Below are positions 9,302 through 19,373 of a stretch of DNA of 55,444 nucleotides, piece by piece. Position numbers and translations under genes: made by a program. Origin of the DNA: Candidatus Omnitrophota bacterium (GTDB lineage: Bacteria; Omnitrophota; Gorgyraeia; Velamenicoccales; Velamenicoccaceae). The stretch spans positions 1 to 55,444 of the forward strand of contig JAZDLY010000168.1 in NCBI GenBank assembly GCA_043801485.1. Reading direction: 5' to 3'. Every line of letters starts with the position of its first letter. Positions within the stretch are counted from its first letter, which is position 1. The notes beneath the pieces are model-generated. The model did no database searches, was not told the origin of the DNA, and saw only the letters and a list, made by a program, of their open reading frames with translations.

Positions 9302-10260
9302 ATCGCAAAACGAGGATTGTCATCACCACAGGGGATCCTTGCGGCATCGGGCCATATGTTACGGCCAAGGCTGTCGGTCGCCTTCGGTCAATGAGGGACG
9401 CAGAATTTGTCGTGGTTGGGCATGCCGGGCTTTTGGCTCGAAGCGGTCTCTCCGACAGCGTTGGCGTGCACGTGCTGGATGCCGGTGTCCGACATTTTGA
9501 GCCTGGGCAGCCAAACCTTGCGTCGGCCAGAGCAAGCCTGGAGTATTTAAGACTTGCTGTTTCTTTGATAAAAGACCGACAGGTCGATGGTCTCGTCACA
9601 GGGCCTATTTGCAAAGAGAATGTTCGCAAGGCAGGTTTTTCGTGGCCGGGCCACACAGAATTTTTGGCTGACGCTTTTGGGATCAAGCAAGTTGAGATGC
9701 TTTTTGTTTCAGACCGGCTCAAAGTTGTTCCTGTGACACGACATGTGAGTCTCGCCCAGGCCATTCGTCAGCTGGACAAAAAAAAGATCACGGCCTGCGG
9801 CAGCCTCATGGCGCGCCTGTTGAATCATTGTTTTCGACTCCGGCAACCCAGGATTGCCGTTTGTGGCTTGAATCCCCATGCCGGCGAGGGTGGTCTCTTC
9901 GGGAGCGAAGAAATAAAAGTAATCGCTCCGGCGGTCAAGCAATTGAACAAACTTACGAAGGCGCATTTTTTTGGCCCCTTGCCTGCGGATACGGTGTTTC
10001 AAAGGGCATTCCGGGGAGAGTTTGATCTTGTGATGGCCATGACACACGACCAGGGACTGATTGCTTTTAAAATGATCGATTTTGAAAACGGTGTCAATCT
10101 CACTGCCGGATTGCCGTTCATCCGGACTTCACCTGTGCACGGCACCGCTTTTGATATCGCTAGAAAAAGAATGCGGGGAGCCTGCGAAGACTCGATGCTC
10201 GCGGCGATACTTTTGGCCACCCGCTTGACGAAGAACAGCCAGCGATGTCTGAGAACTTAA
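9298..10260 (+). CDS. pdxA: 4-hydroxythreonine-4-phosphate dehydrogenase
   Basis: GDPCGIGP, GHTEFLA, LNPHAGEGG, HDQGLI, TSPVHGTAFDIA. ATGA overlap with the upstream stop. Confidence 0.92.
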   Translation: MNRKTRIVITTGDPCGIGPYVTAKAVGRLRSMRDAEFVVVGHAGLLARSGLSDSVGVHVLDAGVRHFEPGQPNLASARASLEYLRLAVSLIKDRQVDGLVTGPICKENVRKAGFSWPGHTEFLADAFGIKQVEMLFVSDRLKVVPVTRHVSLAQAIRQLDKKKITACGSLMARLLNHCFRLRQPRIAVCGLNPHAGEGGLFGSEEIKVIAPAVKQLNKLTKAHFFGPLPADTVFQRAFRGEFDLVMAMTHDQGLIAFKMIDFENGVNLTAGLPFIRTSPVHGTAFDIARKRMRGACEDSMLAAILLATRLTKNSQRCLRT

Positions 10261-11063
10261 AACCCCTGAAGCGCTTTGGCCAAAATTTTTTGGTCGACGC
10301 AAATGTCGTCCGCAAAATCATTGCGGCCTGCGATATCTCCAGGACAGACTATGTTCTGGAAATCGGTTCCGGCAACGGTGCCTTGACGCTTCCCCTGGCC
10401 CAAAGGGCCAAAAGAGTTGTGGCAGTGGAGATTGACCGCGGCAGAAGTTTGGCCTTGCGACAGAAGATGCTGGGTTTTACGAATACAAAGATCATCTGTC
10501 AGGACATCCTGAAATTTGATTTGAAAAAACACATCTCCAGGGCGCGCAGCAAGCGGTTGAAGGTCATTGGCAACTTGCCGTATTATCTGACAACGCCCAT
10601 TCTGGAATATTTGCTCAGGCATTTGTCTGCCATCGACGATATTTATATCATGCTTCAGAAAGAAGTGGCCCAGCGCCTGACTGCTGACCGCGGCAGCAAG
10701 GCCTACAGTTCTTTAACCTGTTTTGTCAATTATTTTTGCCATCCTGAGATTCTTTTTAAAATCAAGAGCGGTTCTTTTTTCCCGAAGCCTAAGGTCGAGT
10801 CTTGTTTTGTGCATTTGAAGCCGCGGGACAAAGACGAATACGGGTTGCGTGTTCGTTCGCAAGAGCTCTTGTTCAAGGTGATCCGTCATGCGTTTGGCCA
10901 GCGGAGAAAAACCCTCCTGGGGTCTTTGTCTAGGGCCTGGCCCCGGCAGGAGCTCCTGCGTCTGCCGCAAAGAGCGCTTCTGGAGCGCAGGCCTGAGGAG
11001 CTGAGTCTCGACGATTTTGTGCACTTGAGCAACCATGTTTTTGACTTTTCAAGGGAGCGATGA
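10245..11063 (+). CDS. rsmA: 16S rRNA (adenine1518/1519-N6)-dimethyltransferase
   Basis: FGQNFLVD, VLEIGSGNGALT, GNLPYY motifs. pdxA-rsmA synteny. Confidence 0.93.
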   Translation: MSENLKPLKRFGQNFLVDANVVRKIIAACDISRTDYVLEIGSGNGALTLPLAQRAKRVVAVEIDRGRSLALRQKMLGFTNTKIICQDILKFDLKKHISRARSKRLKVIGNLPYYLTTPILEYLLRHLSAIDDIYIMLQKEVAQRLTADRGSKAYSSLTCFVNYFCHPEILFKIKSGSFFPKPKVESCFVHLKPRDKDEYGLRVRSQELLFKVIRHAFGQRRKTLLGSLSRAWPRQELLRLPQRALLERRPEELSLDDFVHLSNHVFDFSRER

Positions 11064-11078
11064 TATAGTGAGCAAACC

Positions 11079-11366
11079 ATGGCTATTTCCAAAGACGAAG
11101 TAAAATATATTGCCCATTTAGCGCGCCTGGGTCTGTCGGAAGAGGAGATTAAGCATTTCCAGACACAGCTGGAAGTGATTTTGCAATACATCGACCAGCT
11201 CAAGGTCCTTGATGTTTCCCAGGTGGAACCGATGGCGCACGTCCTGGATGTCGAGAATGTTCTGCGACCGGATGAGCCCAAGGCTTCCCTGGATCCGGAG
11301 AGCGTTCTGGGGATCTCCCCGAGCCGCGAAAAAGACTTTTACAAGGTGCCGAAGGTGCTGGAATGA
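11079..11366 (+). CDS. gatC: Asp/Glu-tRNA amidotransferase subunit C
   Basis: 95 aa, VKYIAHLARLGLSEEE...; precedes gatA. Confidence 0.93.
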   Translation: MAISKDEVKYIAHLARLGLSEEEIKHFQTQLEVILQYIDQLKVLDVSQVEPMAHVLDVENVLRPDEPKASLDPESVLGISPSREKDFYKVPKVLE

Positions 11367-12811
11367 AGCTCAATGCATTGACCGCCCATGAATTGCGCGA
11401 CCTGATAAGGGCCGGCAAGACGAACTCTGCGGATATTTTAAAAGACCTGGAGGCCCGTTATGCGGATGTGGAAACAAAAGTAAAAGCTTTTGCGCGGCCG
11501 CCGGTCTTTAAAAACAGTTTTTCTTCCGGGGCTGCGGACGCAGTACTAGCCGGCATCCCGGTTGTCGTCAAGGACAACATTTGCAGCCAGCAAGACGTCA
11601 CGCAATGCGCCTCAAAGATCCTGCAGGATTTTGTGGCACCTTATGACGCCACCGTTGTTGAAAAATTAAGACAAGGCGGAGCCTCCATCCTTGGCAAAGC
11701 CAATATGGATGAATTTGCCTTTGGTTCTTCCTGTGAAACATCCTGTTTTTTTCCAACGCATAATCCTTGGAAGCTTGATCATGTGCCCGGCGGGTCCAGC
11801 GGTGGTTCTGCGGCCTGCGTGGCAGCGGATGAGGCCATCGTGGCCCTTGGGTCGGATACCGGCGGTTCCATCAGGCAGCCGGCCTCTTTGTGCGGGGTGG
11901 TTGGATTAAAACCAACCTATGGACGCGTTTCGCGTTACGGCTTGATTGCCTTTGCCTCGAGCCTTGATCAGATCGGCCCCTTGACTAAAGATGTCGAGGA
12001 TTGCGCGTTGCTCTTGAAGGTGATTTCGGGTTATGACCAGAAGGATTCTACGTCGGTGAACACACCCGTGCCGGATTACGTCAAAGGGTTGGGCCGCGAT
12101 GTCAAAGGGATGAAGGTTGCAATCCCCAAAGAGTATTTCGTTAAGGGCATCGACCCGGAAGTGCGCTTAGCTTTAACAGAAGCTCAAAATCAATTGAAAT
12201 CACTTGGTGTTGAGTTCGTCGAGGTAAGTCTGCCGCACACAGAGTATGCGGTGGCTGTTTATTATATTATTGCAACCGCCGAAGCATCGTCGAACCTGGC
12301 GCGTTTTGACGGTGTGCAATACGGCCTTCGCAGTCGTGGGGGGACTAAGACTGATGATTCGGGCCTCATGGATATGTATAAACGCACCCGCGGTGAAGGA
12401 TTTGGTCCTGAGGCCAAACGCCGGATCATCTTGGGCACGTATGTGCTTTCCAGTGGTTATTATGATGCGTATTATTTGAGGGCATCAAAGGTCCGTGCGC
12501 TTATCAGGCGTGATTTTGAGCAGGTTTTTAAGGAATTCGATTTGATCTTAACGCCGACTTCGCCAACGGCGGCCTTCAAAATCGGCGAAAAGATGGATGA
12601 TCCGCTGGCCATGTATTTGTCAGACATCTATACAATTTCCGCAAACCTGGCCGGCGTGCCCGCGGTGTCCGTGCCCTGTGGCATGACGAAATCAGGGTTG
12701 CCCATCGGGATGCAGATTTTAGGTAAGCCCTTTGCCGAAGAAGAGATCCTGCGTTTGGTGTATCATTACGAGCAGAAAACACCCTGGCATAAGGTGAAAC
12801 CAAAGCTTTGA
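11363..12811 (+). CDS. gatA: Asp/Glu-tRNA amidotransferase subunit A
   Basis: Amidase signature GGSSGGSAA..GSDTGGSIRQPA. Confidence 0.96.
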   Translation: MKLNALTAHELRDLIRAGKTNSADILKDLEARYADVETKVKAFARPPVFKNSFSSGAADAVLAGIPVVVKDNICSQQDVTQCASKILQDFVAPYDATVVEKLRQGGASILGKANMDEFAFGSSCETSCFFPTHNPWKLDHVPGGSSGGSAACVAADEAIVALGSDTGGSIRQPASLCGVVGLKPTYGRVSRYGLIAFASSLDQIGPLTKDVEDCALLLKVISGYDQKDSTSVNTPVPDYVKGLGRDVKGMKVAIPKEYFVKGIDPEVRLALTEAQNQLKSLGVEFVEVSLPHTEYAVAVYYIIATAEASSNLARFDGVQYGLRSRGGTKTDDSGLMDMYKRTRGEGFGPEAKRRIILGTYVLSSGYYDAYYLRASKVRALIRRDFEQVFKEFDLILTPTSPTAAFKIGEKMDDPLAMYLSDIYTISANLAGVPAVSVPCGMTKSGLPIGMQILGKPFAEEEILRLVYHYEQKTPWHKVKPKL

Positions 12812-12826
12812 TGAGATGAGGCGAGG

Positions 12827-14254
12827 ATGTACGAACCGGTCATAGGTCTGGAAGTCCACGTTCAGTTGAAAACGAAAACAAAAGCGTTTTGCGGCTGCGT
12901 CAATGAATTCGGCGCCAGAGAAAATACCAACATTTGTCCTGTCTGTTTGGGGTTGCCAGGTGCCTTGCCGGTGTTGAATGCCCAGGCCATCAAAAGTAGC
13001 GCCAAGGTGGCCCTGGCGTTGGGGTGCACGGTCCGAACGTTCACCAAATTCGACCGCAAAAATTACTTTTATCCGGATTTGCCGAAGAATTTTCAGATTT
13101 CCCAGTACGATATGCCTCTCTCAGAGCACGGTTTCCTGGATATTGAGACCCCGGCCGGTGTCAAGCAAATCCGCATCAAGCGCGTCCACCTGGAAGAAGA
13201 CGCCGGCAAATTGATCCACGATGAGAAGGCGCCTTTTAGCTATGTGGATTTTAATCGGGCCGGCACGCCGCTCTTGGAAATCGTCACAGAACCTGACCTG
13301 AACACGCCCCAAGAGGCGTACCTGTATCTGACGGATTTAAAATTGATCTTGCAGTATTTAGGGGTTTCGGATTGTGATATGGAAAAAGGGACTTTGCGCT
13401 GTGATGCCAATGTCTCTGTGCGAAAATCCGGGGACAAGACACTAGGGACAAAGGCTGAGCTCAAAAATATGAATTCCTTCAAAGCCGTCAAGGGTGCTTT
13501 GGAATATGAAATTTTACGGCAGACCAGGGAGTTGGAAGGCGGAGGCCGCATTGTCCAGGAAACTCGGCTGTGGAATGAAAAGAAAGCCCAGACATTTTCG
13601 ATGCGCAGCAAGGAAGAGGCCCATGATTATCGATATTTTCCGGAACCGGACCTGCCTCCGTTTGTGTTTAGCCAAGACGAACTGAACCGGATGCGGCAGG
13701 ATTTACCAGAGCTGCCGAAGCAGCGATGCAAACGCCTGGTGGAGACTTTTGGATTGACCGCTGCGGAGGCTGCGACGACCACTAGTGATAAAGACCTGGC
13801 TGATTTTTTTGAAGCCTGCTGCAAGATTTCATCCGATTTTCGAAAGATCGTTCATTGGCTTATCGGGCCTGTCCTTTTTGAGATGAATTCAAGAAATGCG
13901 GATGTGTTGTCTCTGGGGTTGACGCCTGCGCAACTGGTACGGCTGGTTTCTCTTGTTGAAGACAATACGATCAGTCAACTGACAGCCAAGGATGTTTTGA
14001 GCCAGATGTTGGATGAGCATAAAGATCCGGATCTCCTCATTCAGGAAAAGAACCTGGCGCAGGTTTCGGATGCAGGGGCCTTGAACTCCGTCATTGAAGA
14101 GGTCGTACGGAACAACAAAAAGTCTGTTGACGATTATCTGGCGGGAAAAGAAAATGCGCTTATGTTTTTGGTTGGTCAGGTCATGAAGATGTCAAAAGGC
14201 AAAGCAAACCCCAAAATGGCCAAAGACCTTTTGGCAGAAAGGTTAAAGTTATGA
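12827..14254 (+). CDS. gatB: Asp/Glu-tRNA amidotransferase subunit B
   Basis: MYEPVIGLEVHVQL, CPVCLGLPGALP, YRYFPEPDLPP, C-terminal YqeY-like domain. Confidence 0.96.
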   Translation: MYEPVIGLEVHVQLKTKTKAFCGCVNEFGARENTNICPVCLGLPGALPVLNAQAIKSSAKVALALGCTVRTFTKFDRKNYFYPDLPKNFQISQYDMPLSEHGFLDIETPAGVKQIRIKRVHLEEDAGKLIHDEKAPFSYVDFNRAGTPLLEIVTEPDLNTPQEAYLYLTDLKLILQYLGVSDCDMEKGTLRCDANVSVRKSGDKTLGTKAELKNMNSFKAVKGALEYEILRQTRELEGGGRIVQETRLWNEKKAQTFSMRSKEEAHDYRYFPEPDLPPFVFSQDELNRMRQDLPELPKQRCKRLVETFGLTAAEAATTTSDKDLADFFEACCKISSDFRKIVHWLIGPVLFEMNSRNADVLSLGLTPAQLVRLVSLVEDNTISQLTAKDVLSQMLDEHKDPDLLIQEKNLAQVSDAGALNSVIEEVVRNNKKSVDDYLAGKENALMFLVGQVMKMSKGKANPKMAKDLLAERLKL

Positions 14255-15567
14255 GAAAGATCTTTTTTCGAATATTTGGCCTTGCGGTGATTTCAGGTTC
14301 TCTTTTTCTTTTGGCGAGCTGGGCGCTTCCGGCGATTGAGCGCACAAAAAAGAACGAAACCTTCAAGGAATTGGAAATTTTCGCAGATGCCCTGACATTG
14401 ATCCAGACCGAGTCTCCGGAGGAGAAGACGCCAAAGGAGCTGATTTACGGCGCGCTTCGCGGCATGATCGATTCTCTGGATGCGCACAGCCAGTTCATGA
14501 CCCCCGAAGAATACCAGGAGCTGCAGGTGGATACTTCCGGTCAATACGGCGGCATCGGCATTGAAATTACCACGAAAGACAATCTGGTGACGATCATGAC
14601 CGTCATGGAAGAAACGCCGGCCTGGACCGCGGGGTTGGCCAGCTATGACCGCATCGTGAAAATAGACGAGACGGTCCTCAAGAATATCACGCTCAATGAG
14701 GCGGCCAAGATGCTCCGTGGAAAACCTGGGACACAACTGCGCATTGTTGTGTGGCGCGAGAAAGAAGGTCGACTTTTGTCTTTTGACCTCAAGAGGGCCA
14801 TGATTCAGCTCAAAGATATCAAGGAAGCCAAAATATTAGAAAACCATATTGCGTATGTTAAATTATCGGAATTCCGGGAAGAGACGCCCAAAGAACTGGA
14901 CCGGGTTCTTGAGGATCTTAAAAAAGAGGGGATGGACAGCCTGATCCTTGATTTGCGCAATAATCCCGGCGGGCTGCTGGACAAGGCCATTGCTGTTACC
15001 GAGCGGTTTCTCCCCAAGGGAGTGCTGATTGTGTCCATCAAAGGAAAGAATGCGAAACAGGACACTGAATTTAAATCAACTTTTTCAAGGTCTCTTGTTC
15101 TGCCTCCGATGGTTGTCCTCGTCAATGGCGGGAGTGCCTCGGGCAGCGAAATCTTGGCCGGAGCCCTTCAGGATCACAAGCGCGCCATTGTGATGGGAGC
15201 TTCTTCCTTTGGAAAAGGTTCGGTCCAGACGGTCTTTCCCTTAAGGGACGGATCGGCGCTAAAATTGACAACAAGCCGTTATCTGACACCGTTGGGACGC
15301 ATCATTCAGGATGCAGGCATTGAGCCGGATGTCGTCGTTGCCGATGTTCTCCAGGCCCAAGGACAAGGGCAGGCCGAAAAGGTCGATGTCGAAGCAATTT
15401 TTGAGTCGGTCGGTGATAAAAAACCTCAAGACGCATCAGACCAACAGCAACTTTTGAAAAAACGCTATGCGACGGATCCGCAGCTGGCACGCGCGGTCGA
15501 TTTGCTCAAAAGCATCAAAATTTACACATCAATAATGTCGGGGCATGAAGAAAAAGCAAGAATATAA
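14251..15567 (+). CDS. ctpA: Carboxyl-terminal processing protease (peptidase S41)
   Basis: Signal anchor, PDZ region, LILDLRNNPGG, NGGSASGSEI, FGKGSVQ. Confidence 0.9.
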   Translation: MRKIFFRIFGLAVISGSLFLLASWALPAIERTKKNETFKELEIFADALTLIQTESPEEKTPKELIYGALRGMIDSLDAHSQFMTPEEYQELQVDTSGQYGGIGIEITTKDNLVTIMTVMEETPAWTAGLASYDRIVKIDETVLKNITLNEAAKMLRGKPGTQLRIVVWREKEGRLLSFDLKRAMIQLKDIKEAKILENHIAYVKLSEFREETPKELDRVLEDLKKEGMDSLILDLRNNPGGLLDKAIAVTERFLPKGVLIVSIKGKNAKQDTEFKSTFSRSLVLPPMVVLVNGGSASGSEILAGALQDHKRAIVMGASSFGKGSVQTVFPLRDGSALKLTTSRYLTPLGRIIQDAGIEPDVVVADVLQAQGQGQAEKVDVEAIFESVGDKKPQDASDQQQLLKKRYATDPQLARAVDLLKSIKIYTSIMSGHEEKARI

Positions 15568-16423
15568 AAATACGCTGATTGCGTTTCTCTGTGTTGTTGT
15601 TTTGGTGCAGTCTTTGGTGTTGCTCCACGTGTTGCGCCCCAGACAAGCGGTGCGCAGGAAAAAAAAGATTGCTGTCGCTGCGCTGCATCCCGAGCTAAAA
15701 ACCCCTGTTGCCCCTGTCCTTTTACCCAGGCCGGCCCCGCCTGCTAAACCACAAAAGATTTTGGGCAAGATCGCCCTGGTGATTGATGACTGGGGTTATA
15801 ATCTCAGGAATCAAGATTTTATCACGGACAATGATTTTCATGTGACGGTGTCAGTCTTGCCGTTTAAGGCGTATTCCACACATGTGGCCCAGTTGGCCTT
15901 TCACAAAAACAAGGACGTCGTCATCCACATGCCCATGGAGCCCCTTTCCAAGGAAGAGTATGGCCTTGAAGAGAAGACATTGTTGACTACGATGGACGCA
16001 AAAACCGTCCTGCGGTTCCTTGACGAAGCCATGGCCGTTGTGCCTTATGCCAAAGGCATGAGCAATCATATGGGGTCAAAAGCCACGCAAGATCGACACC
16101 TCATGAAGATTGTTTTTGATTATCTTAAAGGCCATCGTTTATTTTTTCTGGATAGTCTTGTGACGTCACGGTCCCTGGCAAGGGCCCTGGCAAAAACATC
16201 CGGGATTCTGTGTTTTCAAAGAGATGTTTTTATCGACAACGAAAGCGATCCTGCCTATATCCGCAATCAATTGAAGCAACTGGCCGATGTTGCCAGGCGC
16301 AAAGGCGTTGCGGTAGGCTTGGGGCATGACCGGCCGTCCACCATCGCCGTCCTGACGGAAATGATTCCCCGTCTTCAGGAAGAAGGTTATCAGTTTATCA
16401 ATCTTTCCGAAATCGACAGCTGA
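15545..16423 (+). CDS. Divergent polysaccharide deacetylase family protein (YibQ-like)
   Basis: IALVIDDWGYN, HMPMEP, MSNHMGS, FLDSLVTS, GLGHDRP. A ctp-yibQ neighbourhood is also seen in E. coli. Confidence 0.8.
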   Translation: MKKKQEYKNTLIAFLCVVVLVQSLVLLHVLRPRQAVRRKKKIAVAALHPELKTPVAPVLLPRPAPPAKPQKILGKIALVIDDWGYNLRNQDFITDNDFHVTVSVLPFKAYSTHVAQLAFHKNKDVVIHMPMEPLSKEEYGLEEKTLLTTMDAKTVLRFLDEAMAVVPYAKGMSNHMGSKATQDRHLMKIVFDYLKGHRLFFLDSLVTSRSLARALAKTSGILCFQRDVFIDNESDPAYIRNQLKQLADVARRKGVAVGLGHDRPSTIAVLTEMIPRLQEEGYQFINLSEIDS

Positions 16424-16437
16424 AAAAAAGGAATCGT

Positions 16438-17442
16438 ATGTTTGTATTGGGCATTGAGTCTTCTTGTGATGAAACGTGCGCGGCGGTTTCGGATGGCCGC
16501 TCTGCGATTCTTTCCAATATTGTCGCTTCCAGTCTGCCACAGCATGTTCCTCACGGAGGCGTTATTCCGGAAATAGCCTCCCGACATCATCTGGAATCCA
16601 TCTGTTTTGTTGTGGACGAGGCCCTGAAAAAATCCAAAATTAAACCAAAAGATCTGGATGCCATTGCCGTCACGCAGGGGCCGGGCTTGATCGGGTCTCT
16701 TTTGGTAGGCATTTCGTTTGCCAGGGCATTGGGAATGGGTTGGAAGTTACCCGTTGTCGGTGTCAACCACGTCAGGGCCCATCTTTATGCGGCATTCATC
16801 GGCCAAAAAATAACATTTCCTTTTGTGGGGTTGGCTGTTTCCGGAGGTCACACCAGCCTCTATGAGGTCCGTAGTTTAGATGACCAGATACTTTTGGGCG
16901 CGACCCGCGACGATGCCGCCGGAGAAGCATTCGACAAAGTGGCCAAAATTTTGGGGCTCGGCTATCCCGGTGGGCCTGTTGTCGAACGCTGGGCTTGCCA
17001 GGGGCGGCCGCGGACTTTTGATTTTCGCTGCGATTGCGGACCGGGTCTTGATTTTAGTTTCAGCGGCATCAAGACTGCTGTTTTGTATAAAGTGCAGAGC
17101 TTGAAAAAAATTTACGGCCGTCTTTCGCGCACAATGGTGGCGGATCTGTGCGCTTCATTCCAGGAGGCTGTTGTTTCAGATTTGGTCGCAAAGGCCATGC
17201 GGGCCGCGACAGCAACTTCCTCGAAAATTTTGGTTGTCGGAGGCGGGGTGGCTTTCAATAATTATTTGAGAGAACGGTTGCAATCTGCGACCAGACAACA
17301 TAGAATAAAATTGTTGATGGCGGCCAAGCCCTATTGCCTGGACAACGCCGCGATGGTGGCCAGTCTTGGCAGCAGGCTCATACGGGCCAGAAGCCACATG
17401 GCTGTTTTGAACCTGGATGCTTTGGGGCCTAAGGGAGGATGA
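16438..17442 (+). CDS. tsaD: tRNA N6-adenosine threonylcarbamoyltransferase
   Basis: GIESSCDETC, VNHVRAH, SGGHT, GYPGGP, VGGGVAFN. Confidence 0.95.
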   Translation: MFVLGIESSCDETCAAVSDGRSAILSNIVASSLPQHVPHGGVIPEIASRHHLESICFVVDEALKKSKIKPKDLDAIAVTQGPGLIGSLLVGISFARALGMGWKLPVVGVNHVRAHLYAAFIGQKITFPFVGLAVSGGHTSLYEVRSLDDQILLGATRDDAAGEAFDKVAKILGLGYPGGPVVERWACQGRPRTFDFRCDCGPGLDFSFSGIKTAVLYKVQSLKKIYGRLSRTMVADLCASFQEAVVSDLVAKAMRAATATSSKILVVGGGVAFNNYLRERLQSATRQHRIKLLMAAKPYCLDNAAMVASLGSRLIRARSHMAVLNLDALGPKGG

Positions 17443-17913
17443 ATGATGACGGACAATGAAATGATGCTGCGTATTTTTATCGCTTTTATTTTGAGTGGTT
17501 TGATCGGATTGGAGCGTGAGTGGCGTCGGCACGAGGCGGGTCTGCGAACGCACATCCTCGTTTGCATCGGCTCGACGTTGATTATGTTGACATCTATGTA
17601 TGTTTTTGATATATATAAAACACAAGCCAATGTTGATCCCACAAGAATCGCGGCCGGTGTGATCACCGGAATTGGTTTTTTGGGGGCAGGGACGATTATC
17701 CGCGACCGGGAAGGCATCCGGGGCTTGACCACGGCATCGAGTTTATGGGTGGTGGCGGCCTTAGGATTGAGCGTTGGATGCGGTTTGTATAAGGCATCGG
17801 TTTTTGTAACGTTTCTTGTGTTAACCGTCTTATTGTTTTTGCGAAAAATGGAAAGCACTCTCTTAAAAAAGGGGGCAGGGTATGGCGCTCAGAGACAAGA
17901 GGAAAGAGACTGA
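17443..17913 (+). CDS. MgtC/SapB family membrane protein
   Basis: LIGLEREWR...AGLRTH, 4-5 TM, 156 aa. Confidence 0.85.
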   Translation: MMTDNEMMLRIFIAFILSGLIGLEREWRRHEAGLRTHILVCIGSTLIMLTSMYVFDIYKTQANVDPTRIAAGVITGIGFLGAGTIIRDREGIRGLTTASSLWVVAALGLSVGCGLYKASVFVTFLVLTVLLFLRKMESTLLKKGAGYGAQRQEERD

Positions 17914-18391
17914 AGGAAAGGTGATCACCGTCGATTCATCCATGCAGGGGACCTTATCGTTTAAGGAGCCCGTGCACCTGCGGATCAACGGAAAGTTTGA
18001 AGGCACCTTGGAAGTGCGCGGGGAATTGGAGATTGGTGAAAGCGCCATCGTCGACGCCACCATCATCGGCGATGAAGTCGTGATCAGCGGAAAGGCCAAG
18101 GGCGATATTTCGGCCACCAAGCGCATTATTCTGCGCGAGCACGCCGTGGTGGAGGGAAATCTTAAAAGTCCTCTGTTGAGCATTTCCGAAGGAGCGCTCT
18201 TTCAGGGCAAGTGCATGATGCTGGGAGATATTTTTGACACGGAAGGACTTGCGCGTTACTTAGAGGTCGATCTGAACACGATTATTGATTGGGCTTCTTC
18301 GGGCAGGATTCCCGCTTTCAAAGACGGCAATGCCTGGAAATTCGAACGCAAAAAAGTCGACGAGTGGATTTCCGCCGGCAAGATCGCCTGA
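17882..18391 (+). CDS. Bactofilin-domain protein fused to a C-terminal excisionase-type HTH
   Basis: Beta-helical bactofilin repeats (INGKFEGTLEV.GELEIGESAIVDATI.GDEVVISGKAKGDI). A C-terminal LARYLEVDLNTIIDWASSGRIPAFKDGNAWKF matches the HTH_17/MerR-excisionase pattern. An alternative start exists at 17942. Confidence 0.75.
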   Translation: MALRDKRKETEGKVITVDSSMQGTLSFKEPVHLRINGKFEGTLEVRGELEIGESAIVDATIIGDEVVISGKAKGDISATKRIILREHAVVEGNLKSPLLSISEGALFQGKCMMLGDIFDTEGLARYLEVDLNTIIDWASSGRIPAFKDGNAWKFERKKVDEWISAGKIA

Positions 18392-18405
18392 TTTCAAACT
18401 AAAAC

Positions 18406-18705
18406 ATGACTTCCAAATTATTGACCATCCGAGATGTTGCGGGTTATCTCAACATCACGGAAAAAGACGTGGTGGAACTGGCCGAGCGTGGGGTGATTCC
18501 CGCCTATAAGGTTGGGGGAGTTTACTTGCGTTTTAAAAAAGAGCAGCTGGACCAGGTCAAGCACCGCATCAAGCCTGACCAGGCCCTTGTCTCGATTGAA
18601 GGGACCAAGGCCGAGCAGGTTCGAGATTTTCTCTACCACAATGATTTTTATTTTGTCTCTTTGGTCATCATTTTCTTCCTGTTGTATTTCGTTATCAAGT
18701 TATGA
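18406..18705 (+). CDS. Excisionase-type HTH protein with C-terminal transmembrane anchor
   Basis: LLTIRDVAGYLNITEKDVVELAERGVIPAYKVGGVYLRF (HTH_17 pattern), then a hydrophobic tail FYFVSLVIIFFLLYFVI. Confidence 0.7.
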   Translation: MTSKLLTIRDVAGYLNITEKDVVELAERGVIPAYKVGGVYLRFKKEQLDQVKHRIKPDQALVSIEGTKAEQVRDFLYHNDFYFVSLVIIFFLLYFVIKL

Positions 18706-19373
18706 CCCGTCCGTCATACGTCGACCTGGGTTTTGCCTGCGTTGACACCGACAGGCAAAAACGAAGGGGCTTTCCTGAAGTCATCTTCTGCCAGAATAAG
18801 ACCAAGCAAGAGATTGCCCGCATTTCCCTCGAACTAAAGAAACACAATGCTTCTTGTCTGCTTTTGACCCGATTGGATCCGCGTTTTTATCCGGCCCTAA
18901 AGAAAAAAATTCCTGGATTGAAGTGGCATCCCCGTGCCCGCCTGGCGTATGTTCCGGCAAGGGCTGGCGCGCGACGGATCGGCGGTGTGTTGATTGTGAC
19001 CGCGGGCACGAGCGACATCCCCGTTGCCGAAGAAGCCCGGGTGACGCTTGAGCTTATGGGAATTTCTGCTCAGACGCTCTACGACGTCGGCGTTGCCGGC
19101 GTGCACCGCGTTTTGGACAAAAAGGACGTTTTGCGGAAAGCCAAGGTAATCATTGTTGTGGCCGGCATGGAGGGCGCTTTGGCAAGCTTGGTGAGCGGTT
19201 TGGTGTCCAGTCCCGTGATTGCCGTGCCAACGAGTTGCGGTTACGGGTCGCATTTTGAGGGCCTGGCCGCACTTTTGACGATGCTCAACAGTTGTTCCCC
19301 GGGCATCGCGACAGTCAATATCGACAACGGCTTCGGTGCCGGATATTTAGCAGGGTTGATTTTAAAAATATGA
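18702..19373 (+). CDS. larB: LarB, nickel-pincer cofactor biosynthesis carboxylase/hydrolase (PurE-like)
   Basis: PurE-like core VTAGTSDIPVAEEA and VVAGMEGALASLV..PVIAVPTS.GYG. Adjacent to larC. Confidence 0.88.
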   Translation: MTRPSYVDLGFACVDTDRQKRRGFPEVIFCQNKTKQEIARISLELKKHNASCLLLTRLDPRFYPALKKKIPGLKWHPRARLAYVPARAGARRIGGVLIVTAGTSDIPVAEEARVTLELMGISAQTLYDVGVAGVHRVLDKKDVLRKAKVIIVVAGMEGALASLVSGLVSSPVIAVPTSCGYGSHFEGLAALLTMLNSCSPGIATVNIDNGFGAGYLAGLILKI

